In this document: positions 24,573-36,943 of the stretch, piece after piece
Layout of the letters: each line of letters opens with the position of its first letter
How positions within the stretch are numbered: the first letter of the stretch is position 1
NCBI GenBank assembly: GCA_028534125.1
Contig: CM052823.1
Location: 21,576,001-21,640,000 of the forward strand
DNA from: Lama glama
Taxonomy: Eukaryota
Reading direction: 5' to 3'
DNA length: 64,000 bases
Position numbers and translations under genes: made by a program
Notes under the pieces: generated by a model
Database searches by the model: none
What the model saw: only the letters and a program-made list of their open reading frames with translations
What the model was told of the DNA's origin: nothing

Positions 24573-27500
24573 CCAGGATGATAAGTTTTTGTCACTGAAG
24601 GCTTACCAGCTGAGTCTGAAACACCACATGAGAGACCATGGGTTGATGATTGGTTGAGATATCAGATGGTGGGCTTGAGTTTAAAAGCCCCACCAGGTAT
24701 TCCATTTCCCCAGCTCTCCTTGGGCAGAGTGTTCAGGCAAGGGACATTCTGCCTGCTCCCCAGGAAGGATTTAATTCACTGTCCTGGAGCCTGGGAGCTC
24801 CTTGTTTAAAGGGCTGTTCTTCAGTCAGCATCATCCCACATCCTGCATCCCCATCCAAGAGCAGCTAGCCTGGGGTGGGGGGTGGGCTGGGCAGGTGGCT
24901 AACCTCATCCCTAAACCCCTGGACACAAATGTGGGTCCATTGACTCCCCCACCCAAGGCTGGGCTCCCTCCCCTACTGCCCCTTATCAAGCCTCTCTCCT
25001 GGGTGGTGAGCTGTCACCCGCCCCAGTGCTGCCCCCACAGCCTGCCATCACCAGATCCGACTGACTTACAGGGGCTCCTCTTCCCCAGGGTCGGTATTTG
25101 CATAGGGTGATGGATGCTGAGATGTCATCTAAACACATCTGCACTTTGCATTTTAAACAAAGCAATTTCCAGAGCAAGCTGGGGCAGCTTTGTCTCCTTC
25201 CAGGAACATTTCCTCTGAGTGAAATTCTTTCTCTCTTTTATTTTTTGGCCAGTACTTTTCACACCTGTCCCAGGTTTCGCTCCTCTACTGGCCTCCTGCT
25301 CACTCCCCACCCCTGCCCCACCGCCACGGTAGAGACTCCAGTGTGGAGCAAAGGGTTACATGCGCCGCAGGATGGAGAAGGACGTAGGACCTGGCCAGGG
25401 CCAGGCAAGGGTCGCCTAGCTCCCCTCTCACCTGGCCACTCTGCCAGTGAGGGCAGAGCAGGGGCTTCTGAGCCTGGGCCAGTCTGAATCTACAGCTAGT
25501 GTCTCACCCCGACAGCCAGCCCAGGGAGGACCGAAAGCTTGCCCCACTGTCTCCAGGTGGGAGAGACAGGTCTGACCATGTCCTTCCCCTGCTTAAAACT
25601 CGGCCAGAGTTTCCAATTTGTTCTGGATTGAGAGCAATGCCCTCAACAAGCCCTGTGCAATCTGGTCCCTGATTTCCAGCCTTCTCTTCTCTTCTGCCCC
25701 TTTGCCACCAACCAACCAACCAAATGGTCTTTTTCCAGTTTCTTGAGCAAGCCCGAGCACATTAGCCTCGCTCTGTGTGTCTCTCCCTCTCTCTGTCCTG
25801 GAAGAGAGCTCTCTCTTCCAGAAACTCTCTCCCCTACCTTACCTGGCTTCCTCCTCTCCTACATGTCTCAGCCTCCACCTGCTTCTGCAGGATGGTTACC
25901 TGCACAATACCCCCCATCCCCCACCCCATCCCTGCCAAAGGCTAGGTTGCTTTCCCTGCTACATCCTCCCATATGTTGTTGAAAGTTTCCTGGATAAGAT
26001 GCCCTTGTAAATTGCTAGTTCAATGCCTATCTTCTCTGCTCAACCGGGAGCCCTCAATACACCCCCAAACTTAGCTCCGTACCAGGTGATGAATGAATGT
26101 GTAAAGAAGCAGGCCAAAGGGACCAGAATCAGTCAGGAGAAAGGAGGGCTAACAGAAGAGACAGCACATCCTGAATTGGAGAAGATTTCTAGGTGTTCCC
26201 CTAAAACAACTGCCAGCCTTTGAGCCTGGAGGTGTCCCCCTGGAAGAGCACATCTGGGTCCAGTGTGCACGGCAAAGCCTCAGGGCAGGTAAGGGGCAGC
26301 TCTCTAGGATTCCAGGTGGCATCTGTTCTGTGGGGGCGAAGTGACTTTGCATCAGAGGCAAAATGAAATACATGAGGTGGCGAGGTCTTCAGTCTTCCTC
26401 CACTGTCCTCACCACACGCCCTCTGCTCAAGAAGACGTTTGCTTACTGGAGCAGCTTCTGGCTTCTCTTCAGCTTGTGCTGTAACGTGGAAAGAAGCTGA
26501 AGAGGCTGAGCTGATTAGGTAACAAGGAGCTGAATCGGGGAGGGGAGGGCTGAAGCTGGGGCACCTAGAAGGCTGAGTTAGGGGGAGCTGGGGCAGCATG
26601 GAGATACATGGGAGAGATTTCCAGGAGCAGGGAACCATCCTGCAGAAGCAGGTGGAAGCTGAGACATGTAGGAGAGGATGCCTGGGAGAGAGAGAGGAAG
26701 AAAGAGGTTTCTGATGAGGTTTTGCTGTGCATTGATAATTTACTATCCCACTGGTGGTGTTAAGGGTATGCTAAGGGTCAAGACTAGAGTCACTTTTAGT
26801 TATTTTGTGGTTGCTGGACTGTTGTTTATTTGGGAGGGATTGGCTGGGCATTGAACATGGCTTTGGGTTTCATCAGGAACATGTATTTAATGAGAGGCCT
26901 TGAGAATGGGGTCAAGTGCAGTTCATGTGGCCCATGAGTTGCTCTAGAGTCTTGTCTCCTTTATGATGGCCTCTGTCCTAGCCTTGCTCCAGGCTTGACT
27001 GTAGAGGCTTGTCATGTGTGTCTGTGGGACGAGGGGACAGGAAGCTTTGGTGGTCCCTCTTCTCACAGGGAATGTGGGGAGAGGCTCTTCAGTATTCGAG
27101 TGAGAGCCCCAGTGTCCTGGCTTTGGCTTGTGACAGCTGCCAATGGGATCTTTGCACAGATGAGTTGGGCATTTGGGCTGACAAGGAGGGGCATGTCTGC
27201 AGAAGTGAGACCAACTTCCTAGAAAAAGTAAGTTGGAAAAAATGTCTCCAAAGACTCCTAACCTTTCTTCCTGTAGAGACGAAGGCTTGGCTTCTGAGCA
27301 TCACACACGGGGCTTTGAATGGCTAAGCCCCAGGTTCCCCTGCCCATCCCAGGCTAGGGAAAGAAGTGATAAGAGAAAACCCACAGGCGGAACTGAACAG
27401 GCAGGGACAGTCATGGGGAGGGCCATTTGGGGCCAAGAGGAGGAGGGAGAGGAGGAGCCATCTTCATCCGTAGCACTCTTAAACAGGGAACACATGGTCT

Positions 27501-27846
27501 GCCAGAGGACTCCCCACTTCTTCCAGACATGAAGCCATGAGTGCAATCTTGCTTCCCCAAACCAAAAGTCTACACGTAAAGGGAAACCAGGTGGACGTGA
27601 CAGCAGAGACTGCAGGACTGGAGCCCTCTCTCCTCGCACCTCTACATTGAGTTAGAACAGGAACCATTCATGTAGTGCATGGGATATTCACCCCAGACAG
27701 ATGTTTTCGGGGTCAGAGCAAGACTAGGTGAGGTAAAGGTGGCTTCAAGTGGTGGGAAGAGCTTGGTAATGTGAGTTGACACTCCCAAATTCTGTTCCCT
27801 GGAACCTGGGGTTTTTTTCTTGAAAATGCCCAGAATATGTGTAAAG

Positions 27847-28052
27847 CAGTTTCTCAGCCTCAGCACTGCTGACATTTGGAGTCCGAGTCTCCCTCGTGCG
27901 GAGCTGTCCTGATCGCTGCACGATGTCTAGCAGCATCCCTAGCCTGCACCCACTAGATGCCAGGAGTGCCCATGGCATGACAGCGAAAGATGTCTCCAGG
28001 CATTGCCAAGTGCACCTTTGGAGACAAAACCACCCCTGTTTGAGAACTTCTA
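27847..28052 (+). mobile_element. MER20 (hAT-Charlie)
   Basis: tttctcagcctcagcactgctgacatttgg...tagcagcatccctagcctgcacccactagatgccag...gtctccaggcattgccaa...ttgagaac. Confidence 0.85.
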
Positions 28053-28429
28053 GTCTACATTAAGTCAAGCACTCGTGTGCTTCCTAGTCCAGTACCCCAC
28101 AATGTTTTTTGAGAATCAAGGGTGAGGTTATCATTTAGGCTCATTTCTCACAACAGGCAAATAGGGATATAAAATGGTAATTGCTAAGCCCTTTCTGCTC
28201 TAAAAATCTGTGTCTCTAAGACGAGATCTACTTTACTGCCTTTGAGGCTGGGTAGAGAGCAAGGGAGGGTGTCTGGTGGGTGTGAGAAGAAGTCACAACC
28301 TGTGAAGATGGTCAGTGCTAACACTGCTATGGAGGGAAGCTCATTGCCTGTTCCCTACCCAGCCAGCTCCATGGCCTGCTGCCTTCCCGGTGCCTCCCCT
28401 GACTTTCAATAGCCTCTTTTTTAAGCTTA

Positions 28430-29250
28430 ACACAGTTGATCCTCCCATCTGGCTCCCAGACTTGCCTTCTCTGAGTCTTCCCATCTCAGTGGATGACAAC
28501 TCTATACTAGTTGTTGGGGCCCAAATCTTGGAAATCACGGATGCCTCCTCTCTTTCCCTTGCATTCCACATCTATCCTATCAGCAAATCCTGGTGGCTTC
28601 AGAACTGATCCAGGACCCATGCACTTCTTAATCCCTGCTCTTCTCCCACGCTGGTCCAAGCCACAGTCATCTCCTCACCCGTGGTTTCCTAGGTGGTCTT
28701 CCTCCTTCCATCCTTGTCCTCCTATGGCCTGTTATGAACACATCAACCAAAGGCTCCTGTGGAGACGTGTGATCACAGCACTCTTTAACTCAAAATCTTC
28801 CACTTAGAGTAAAAGCCGCACTTACTATGACCTCCTACCCACTATGTGATTTGCCCCAGTCCCCCTTGCCTCACCCATTCCACTTCAGCCACCCTTGTTT
28901 CCTTTATGCTCACTGAACACACCAGGCATATTCCTACCTCAGGGCCTTTGCACCAGCTGGTCCCTCTGCTTAGAGAGCTTTCCCTCCAGATGCCACATGA
29001 CCCTCACTTTTTCAAGTTACAGTTCAATGAAACATTCTCATTGAGGCTGCTCTGACCACTCCTTTTAAAATTATATGCCAACCCCCCATTCCTGAGCCCT
29101 CATATCCTGCTTTTTTCTCCTCATGGAACTTAACACGTTCTAGTTATTTATTGTGCTTGTTCTCTTTACTGATGTAGTCTCTGTGTCCAGTACAGTGCCT
29201 GGCACAGGGCAGACTCTCAGTGAATATTTGTTGAATGAATGAATGAATGA
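28430..29250 (+). mobile_element. L2 LINE 3' portion
   Basis: cctacctcagggcctttgcac...cagtgcctggcacag...aatatttgttgaatgaatgaatga, the L2a-type 3' terminus. Confidence 0.8.
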
Positions 29251-29799
29251 CCCTCAGTTTTGTTTTCCCCTTTCTTTAAATCTTCAATTCTTTTGCTAAC
29301 TCAAAGAGGAGAATATTTGGGGAAAGAATGGAGACAAAGATATGGATGAGGGTTAAGTCTTTGGAAAAATGAACTATTAGCTAGTCTGGTCACCCATTAT
29401 CTAGACAAATTAAAGAAGTAATGCAGAAAATCCTAAAATCCAGATAGTCCAGTAAAAATTTCTATTTTGATTGCATTATATGATGTTATGTTGACTCTTT
29501 CTTAATTATTTTTTCTTAAGGTAGTAGCATGAATATCAGCTCTGGGTGTGTGTGTTTGTGTGTGTATACATGTACACATGCACAAGATGTAGGTGAACTG
29601 GAAAATTACCTAAAATAATTCAGAAACTGGATGCTTTCATTCCCACAAATACTTAATACATTTCATGCACAAGACTTGCTAGGTATTAAGTTCAAAGACT
29701 TCCATGTGGATCCTCTTTTCCAAGAGCACAAGGAAACCAAGAGCTCATTGAAAATTGACCAGATCTTGAGCTGTCTAGGTGTGTGGGTTCTATGGGCAT

Positions 29800-30258
29800 C
29801 ATGGTTGGGTTGTTGCCTCCTAGACTTCCAACCCAATCATTTTTGTGGAGCAGCTAGACTGATGAGTGGAACTGGTCCCACCTCATAGTGGTCACAGTGA
29901 TCCATTAAGGGATAGGCACAAAAGCCATTGGGATTCACAATGAAGATCAGATATTTTCCATGGTTGTAAGAAGGGATTTTTTTCCCTCTCCCTGTGATGT
30001 GAAATAAAAAGCTGGCAGCCTTCTTGCTACAATGAAAGAGGCTAGTTTAAAGACAAAGCATACATACAGAAGAGGGCAGAACTGAGAGAATCAAAGAAGT
30101 AGAGCCAGAGCCCTATTGACTTTGTGAACCTCTGGATCAAACCCTGCCTGATGCCTGAGCCACTTCTAGACTTCACATATATCCAAGACAGTAAGTCCAG
30201 GAAGCTTGTATAAGCTGGGGGTGTTTTTTTCACTTGCAACAAAAGGCATCCTGATATA
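29800..30258 (+). mobile_element. Old MaLR LTR (MLT1K/L-like)
   Basis: ctggatcaaaccctgcctga...ttctagacttc...ttcacttgcaacaaaaggcatcctgata at the 3' end. The start is approximate. Confidence 0.6.
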
Positions 30259-30721
30259 GTCTTCTTTCATGTTTTTCAGGCCCTCCCTTCTGCCTCTCAC
30301 AGGTCCTGAGCGTGCCCTGTTACAACACGTGGGCTCCCTGTGCTGTCTGCATTATGTGCATACGTATACAGATGCATTTCAAAATCCTAGGGCGACAAAT
30401 TGTTTTTAGTTCAGATATACCTAAGGTTCCATTTCTCTGACATTAATGAAAATAGAGGGCTTCAGCATTCATATTAAAAGCCTGAAAAGAAGTAGAAGGG
30501 GTTCTTGGACCTGTACCTCACGGCTCAAGTTCCATTCTTGAATTTGCTGCTGGATACACATTTTAACGCCCACTTGAATCCCCAGAGAACCCTGAGGTGG
30601 AGCTGCCTCTCCCGATGGGCTCTCCTGGCATCAGCCCTGAGACCTGAGGGCAGTGCTGTCCAGGGGACAGCCAGCCAGGAAAGATAATGTGTGAAGAAAC
30701 TCTCCAATAGGCCGTTCCTTA

Positions 30722-30727
30722 TTTATT
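30722..30727 (-). terminator. ESRRB: Candidate distal polyadenylation signal AATAAA
   Basis: Plus-strand tttatt, about 3.5 kb after the stop, with upstream U-rich/UGUA sequence (minus cagatgtatatgtttttt). Confidence 0.5.
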
Positions 30728-32469
30728 AGATTCCAGATACACGGGGCCAGGACGGAAAAATCCTAGGGCTTTTGGGAGAACACGTACAGAGGTGGGAGTG
30801 CGTACAGGGAGGTGATGCAACGAGGGACCGCCATTTAAAAAACATATACATCTGAAGAAGCCATTCCAGCCGTATCATCATTATCAGAAAATAAAACAAT
30901 CTCCACATAGTGCTTTTCTTTGGTGCTCTTCCGCGGGCATGGGCCCCTGTCTTCTTGCCGCAAGTTTGTCACTCCTTCCCCTCACCACAACCCCCCTCCA
31001 CCTTCCCCCATCTGTGCGGGGGGGTGGTGGGGAGTCTGAAGGGAAGGGTGGTCCCCGATGCAGGGGTGCGTGCAGTCTGGCTCCTCTAAGGCCCTGTGAT
31101 GCCTCCCCACCCAGCTTCCTGCTCTGGTCTTGAGCGCTTCCTACTTGGTTCTTAAACTGTGCCCTGGAAAATCACTGAAGTTTTCTGTATGCAAAAAGTG
31201 GGAGCCACTATCAAGGTTCACGTGTGGCAAAACCAGTCCAGAATCTTTAGAAAGGGTGGGGATACAGGGAGCAAACAAAACCCAGCCAATACCACCTTCT
31301 CCGTGGTTGGATTTTTTTCATTTTATTTCTTGGTTCATTTCAATGACCTGTATCATGAGTACAACTGAAAAGGGCTATTTCCTCTTTACAGAGTTCCCAG
31401 GAACAGCAGATTTGGGGGATAAACTTCATTTCTGTTCTGTCTGGGTTCGGGGAACAGGGTGTCCTAAATTCTCCTCACTCCATCCCCTACTAAGTCAGGG
31501 CCCTCCTCTTTTCAGGGAGTTCCCAAAGCTGGCTAGGTTTCCAACTAAGTTGGCCCCTAAATTTCCCTGAATGTCAAAGAGTCCATCACGTACATACCAG
31601 GGCCATTCCCACTGGACAGCATTCCCATGGTTACTGATACATTTCCTGCTGCCATTGGAGTTTTTAAAGCAGCAGAAGTAGCAGCATCCATCTCACTGGC
31701 ACCAAGCCATCAGGACCACCGCCCCCTCCCTGCTGTAAATGGGCTCTAATGCTGGGTCACCTGCCCTAGATCCAGCGAGACAAAGCTATTCTGGGTACCG
31801 AACACCCACTCACTGCAAACCAGTTGCACTGTTAGCTGAAGGTGCTTTTCCTGAAAAAGGTGGACTGCAAAGGCCAGCTGTGCACAAGCCCCTGGCGTGG
31901 CTGACAGCTCGGGTCCTCATGCTTGAGCAGGAAGTCACACTGCAGAGAACCAGGTGCCCAGATGATGAGATGCGACCCTTTCCCCCCACTTCCTCAAGCA
32001 CATAGCATAATGAGAGAATAGGGGAGGCTCCTGCAGAGTGGACCCCAAGTTCTCTCACTGTGTGATCTCTCTGGTCCAGACTTCAGGGCACGGCCCCTAA
32101 TGGTTAAGTTAGGCTTGGGTTTTATCCCTGGTCCCTTAGAGGTGCCTATGCATCCATCCACCCAGATTGGAAACTGCACAAAGAGCTAGGGCTGAAGCAT
32201 CCTGGATCATCCAGTGCTGACTGTGGCCTTGAAGTCCCTGCAGGCAAAAGGGAGGAGGGCACACCTCACTGGTCTGTGATATCTCTTGAAATCCCTGACA
32301 TTTTCTACGTGAAGATATTCAAGAGCAGACACTGGGAACCCTCCTGCCTAGGGTGACCTGAACATGTCTCAGCATGAACCTTCAGGAGGAGCGGTGTCTG
32401 GGAGAGGAGACGTGGAGCCAGCAGTAGCCACTTCCCTGGGAATAGCTGGGAGTTGTGGGAGAGGGCACA

Positions 32470-32685
32470 TGGCCTCCTGGTCCTAGTGACGGGTCGGGGG
32501 GATCTGCTTGCCTCTCGGGGTGGAAAAAGGTCGGGTTAGAACAGGTGTAGATTCCCGAGGAATGTGTCCCAGGTGGGGTTGGTCTGATCCCTGCTTTAGA
32601 GGGCAGCTGATTGGAAGGAGCATTTTCCATCACACTCGATGCCCCTTCATCCTCGGGAGATCCTCTAAGCTGCCGTCAGTCAGCC
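32470..32685 (-). other. ESRRB: Non-coding homologue of the human ERRbeta-delta10 / ERRbeta2 downstream exon (exon 11)
   Basis: Minus strand cacag|ggctgactgacggcagcttagaggatctcccgaggatgaa...tgatggaaaatgctccttccaatcagctgcc encodes QLRGSPEDE, then after a frameshift DGKCSFQSAA. Human as recalled: [28 protein letters not shown]. Early TGA stops are present. Confidence 0.75.
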
Positions 32686-32767
32686 CTGTGAGCACCAGAT
32701 GGGTTGTTCAGGGCTGTCCCCCTCCCCCAGTGTGTTGTAATGGACTTTCATGGCCACTCACAGACAT

Positions 32768-32871
32768 GCATGACCCACTGTCCCCATTTGGCCAGGACTG
32801 AGGGGTTTCCTTGGAAATGGAACTTTCAGTGCTATAACCAGTCCTGGGCAAACCGGGGTGGCTGTCACCTT
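32768..32871 (-). mobile_element. MER81-like hAT MITE inside the ESRRB 3' UTR
   Basis: ggactgaggggtttcc...actttcagtgcta..ctgggcaaaccgggg..gtcacctta. Confidence 0.65.
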
Positions 32872-33760
32872 ACATAACAGCCAGGACTGGAGGGGATGGG
32901 GGGTGTCCCATCAGAAAGCTGGGCCTCAATGTGCCCAGGGAGCTGGGCCACACCTCCTTAGTCCAAGGGTGGCAGGAGCAGCAAGGGTGGCAGAAGCAAC
33001 CGCTCCTGTGACACTGACTCATCCAGCCCTTTGGAACGCGGGGGAGGGGCGTCCTGGTACCCACTGCCCTGGATGCCAGGAAAGATCAGGCAGGCTGGTG
33101 ACCTCCACTAAGGCCCTGTCTTCAGGGTTCCCCTGCTTGTTCATCTCTGCTTCTGGACCTTTCTGTGCTCAGCAAAGATTGGTTTGGGCCTCTCCCTATC
33201 CTGCCCTGGTCCTCCAGGACTGCCAGTCTAGAATTAGTGCCAGGGTGCCCTCAGACAGGGCCAGGCCACTGCATATCCCCTACTTCCCACAGGCCCACCT
33301 GCTCTGGACCTGCGGGGAAGGATGATGGGGGTGGGGGGGGGGAAGCAGCAAGCAGAAGTGGGGCACTGGGGAGTCTTCCTGGACCCTGCTCTTCTTGGAG
33401 CCGGCAAGTTCCCAGCTATGGCCCTGAGGTCATCTTGGCTGGCTGAGCCCACTGCGGGAGAGAACTCAAGAGGTACGGCAGGAAGTATTAGCAGGACTCC
33501 TGGGAGATGAGGGGGGATGACAAGCTGGCCCTGGCACACGAGTGATGAGCAGAGCAGGTGGGGGTGCACAGAGGGATGCGGGGCCCAGGAAACCACATGC
33601 GCTCTGGCAACTACTCTCTTGATGTGAGCCTGGGCCGGGAGCTGAGAGAAAGGAAGGTGGGAGGGAGGGAGGGAGAGAGCATCTGGACTGTGGAAGGTGT
33701 AGGGCCTCGTGAGGGGCCCCATAGAACCCCAGAGTAGGCAGGGGCTCTGGAAGAAAGCAC

Positions 33761-33975
33761 CTGCCATCTGGGAAAGGAAAACCTCCGTCAGGTACCCCAC
33801 CTGAGTGTGCCAGAGTCCTGGGCGCTGAGCACTGCCCACCCCTGCACCATGGGCAGAGGAATGGGGGGCAGCATGGGGTTAGGAAAGGTGTGTGCTGCCT
33901 CTTGGTAATTTGGTGGGAAGAGGGGGCATTTCCTCAGCGGTCCCAAGCCACTTGGGAGTCAGCCCTGGCCCAGGC
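33761..33975 (-). other. ESRRB: Non-coding homologue of the human ERRbeta2 F-domain exon (exon 10)
   Basis: After ctgag| it reads AWARADSQVAWDR*; the human peptide as I recall it starts AWARADSLQEW. Near the end another frame reads QVGYLTEVFLSQMAG versus human AQAGYHLEVFLPQRAG. Donor gcag|gtgc is retained. Confidence 0.75.
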
Positions 33976-34241
33976 CTCAGCACTGCCTGTGGCTAAGGAA
34001 AAACATACCAAAGAAAAAGCCAGTTACAGATGAGCCCGCACCCTGCCCTCCCATGCCCGTTCCCCTGCCCCACAGCACCCAGGACTCTGCACACAGCTGG
34101 GAGGCGAAGTCCCTTTCTCTGGGACTGCTCGTGGCCATGATACAGGACTTGAACGTTGAGGCTGGTGGCTGTGGAGGTCTCTGCGTCGGTCCATCCGTTT
34201 GTCTGTCCTCGGGCGGGAGTCGGTCCGCGCGTGCCAGGCCC

Positions 34242-34601
<360 letters not shown>

Positions 34602-34764
34602 TCACTATACAGAGAAGGAAACCCAGGCTCAGGGAGGATACACTGCCAGTCTGAAGTCACAGAGGCCAATGACAGAGCTGGGCTTCACATTCAAGGAGAG
34701 ACCTCTATCCATGGAGGACTTGAGAAACCGTCAAGAGGTGGCAGTGGAGACCCTGAGTGGAATT

Positions 34765-34935
34765 GCAACCTTGCATCCCTTACTTGCTAGCTGTGTGACT
34801 TTAGGAAAGCTATTTAATTTCTCCGTGCCTCATTTATAAAATGAAAGAATGCCTACCTCAAGAGGTTAAATGAGTTAATACAGATCAAGAGCTTGAAACA
34901 GCTTAAACTTGTCACAGATTAAGTGCCCACCTAGT
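34765..34935 (+). mobile_element. MIR SINE
   Basis: Core ctagctgtgtgactttaggaaagctatttaatttctccgtgcctcatttataaaatg...ttaaatgagttaatac. Confidence 0.75.
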
Positions 34936-34940
34936 GATAT

Positions 34941-35300
34941 CACTACCATTGTCATGACCACCACCACCACCAACACCACCACATTACCACCACCACCATC
35001 AGCCATCATCATTACCACCACAATCACCACCATCATCACCTTCATCATCATCACCATCACCACTATCACCATCACCTTCATCATTGTCACCACCACCATC
35101 ACCTTCATCATCACCCCCACCATCATCATTGCCATTAACCATCATCATTACCACAGCCACCACCATCATCACCACATCACCATCATCACCATCAACCACC
35201 ACCATTGTCACCACAACCACCACCATCATCATCTTCATCATCATCATAATCACTCTCACCATCAGCAGCAGCAGTACCATCAGCACCGCCATCATCACAG
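34941..35300. repeat. Imperfect (CAC/CAT)n trinucleotide tract, about 360 bp
   Basis: Seen directly (accaccatcatcaccatcacc...). It produces the spurious His-, Thr- and Met/Val-rich ORFs. Confidence 0.95.
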
Positions 35301-36943
35301 CTATTACTGCTGCTGGTGCCACTAGGCATTAGCTCAAGTCTTCAGTGAATTCACTAACCTTACACAGATAAAGGGGCTGAGCTCTGTGTCTGGGTGCCTT
35401 GAGGTGGTGGACACAGAGGAACTCAGATAGCATGGCTGGACATCAAGGAACAGTGGTGGAAGACACTTAGGAGTTCTATAAAATTCTGGGGAAAGCTTTG
35501 GACTCAGATCATGAATTTCAAATGAAATTTACCTAAATCCCAACAGTGCAGGGAGGCTCCTGCTGACAGCTGGGTTTTACAGTTGGGTCTGAGCCGAAGC
35601 AAAGCGGAATGTACTTCCTGGCCTCGAGGGAAATAACCAGCCTTCCTCTGATGTTCCTTAAAGATACTGAGCCACTCCCTGTACTGCAGCATCCAATACC
35701 TCTTAAAGGTGGGAGGGGAAGGGTGCACGTGAATGAAGTGAACTGGAAGCTCTGGGTGGGTCACAGAGGAAGGCTGAGCAGAGTTTCCTGAATTCCTCAA
35801 AAGAGCAGGGCAATTCCTTTGCAAGCTGGGTTGGTTTAGATACCAGACTGCCAAGGGCAGCAGCACCAAGTGGCTGACCCCACTGACTTCCTCTGAACTT
35901 CTGGATCCACACTCAGCCCATGACTCCAAGGGTCCTATCTCTTTCTCTTGAGAGAATAGCAATAGAATGAGGTGGATGAGGCTCTGGAGTCTTAGATGCT
36001 GTGTGACTTTGGCCAAGTGACTTAAGCTCTCTGAAACGGTTTCCTTAGCTATGAAACAGAGCAAATAAGAGTGCACACCTCATTGGGTGATGGTGAGGAT
36101 TAAATGAAATGGTTATCAGGCACTTAGTAGGCATCTAATAAATGCTACTTTTATTGCCAGGAGGGCTCAGACTGAGGGCAAATGCCTTGCAGGGCTGGCC
36201 CCATACCCAAGACTCCTCCACATTTTTCTGCCCCTTGTTACCAAGGTGATGAAGACTCCTCCTTTGCTGGTGGGGATGAAGCACAGCTCCATTCCTACAC
36301 TCTTGGCTATTTCCAGAGCGTGCCCCTGAGATGCACCTGGCCGTCCAGACTCCCTGCCTCCCCCCAGCTTCCTCTCCCCATTCCCCGACCCTCCCCAAGG
36401 AGGCCAAAATTGGCAGCTGCCTTCAACCAAAAATGAAATAAAATAACATTGCAAGATTAATTTCTTTGCAATCCATCAGCGAGTCTGTATTGATGGCATT
36501 GATAAACTGTTAATTACAAAATCAATGGCTATGAATTTTTTCTGCTGTCAAGGAGCCTTGGAGAGGCTGGGAGGTGGGGTGAGAGACGGACAGCAGGCTC
36601 CCGAGGGGCTGTGGTTTGGGGCCACAGCCTCTGACGTGCTCCCATCCACTCCACCTCAGCAGTGGCACCCACGGTGGCCCTTGGGGCTGCCACCAAGACC
36701 ACTCCAGTCATCTCCTGGGCCCTGTCTCTCCTCTAGCTAACACGCTGTCTGCCTGGGTGGATTTCCTACCCTGCTGCTGGGGACAGGTCTCTCCCCCACA
36801 ACCTTTCATGGCTCCCTCTACTGACTCCATGAGACCCTAATCTCGTCACAATCCTGGAGCCTGGTCTGACCCCAACAACCTAACCTCCAAACAGGCCTGT
36901 TCTTTCTCCATTTCCTGCCTGAATCTGATTGCTCCACCATGCA

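Larger units (their letters stand above)
30700..34241 (-). other. ESRRB: Probable ESRRB 3' UTR (short form)
   Basis: Follows the stop codon. Contains homologues of the human alternative 3' exons. Minus-strand AATAAA at 31327-31322 and 30727-30722. The 3' end is inferred, not observed. Confidence 0.6.

Noticed and set aside
34875-35332. His-, Thr- and Met/Val-rich ORFs on both strands
   Set aside because: They are translations of the (CAC/CAT)n tract in an intron, with no splice or homology support.
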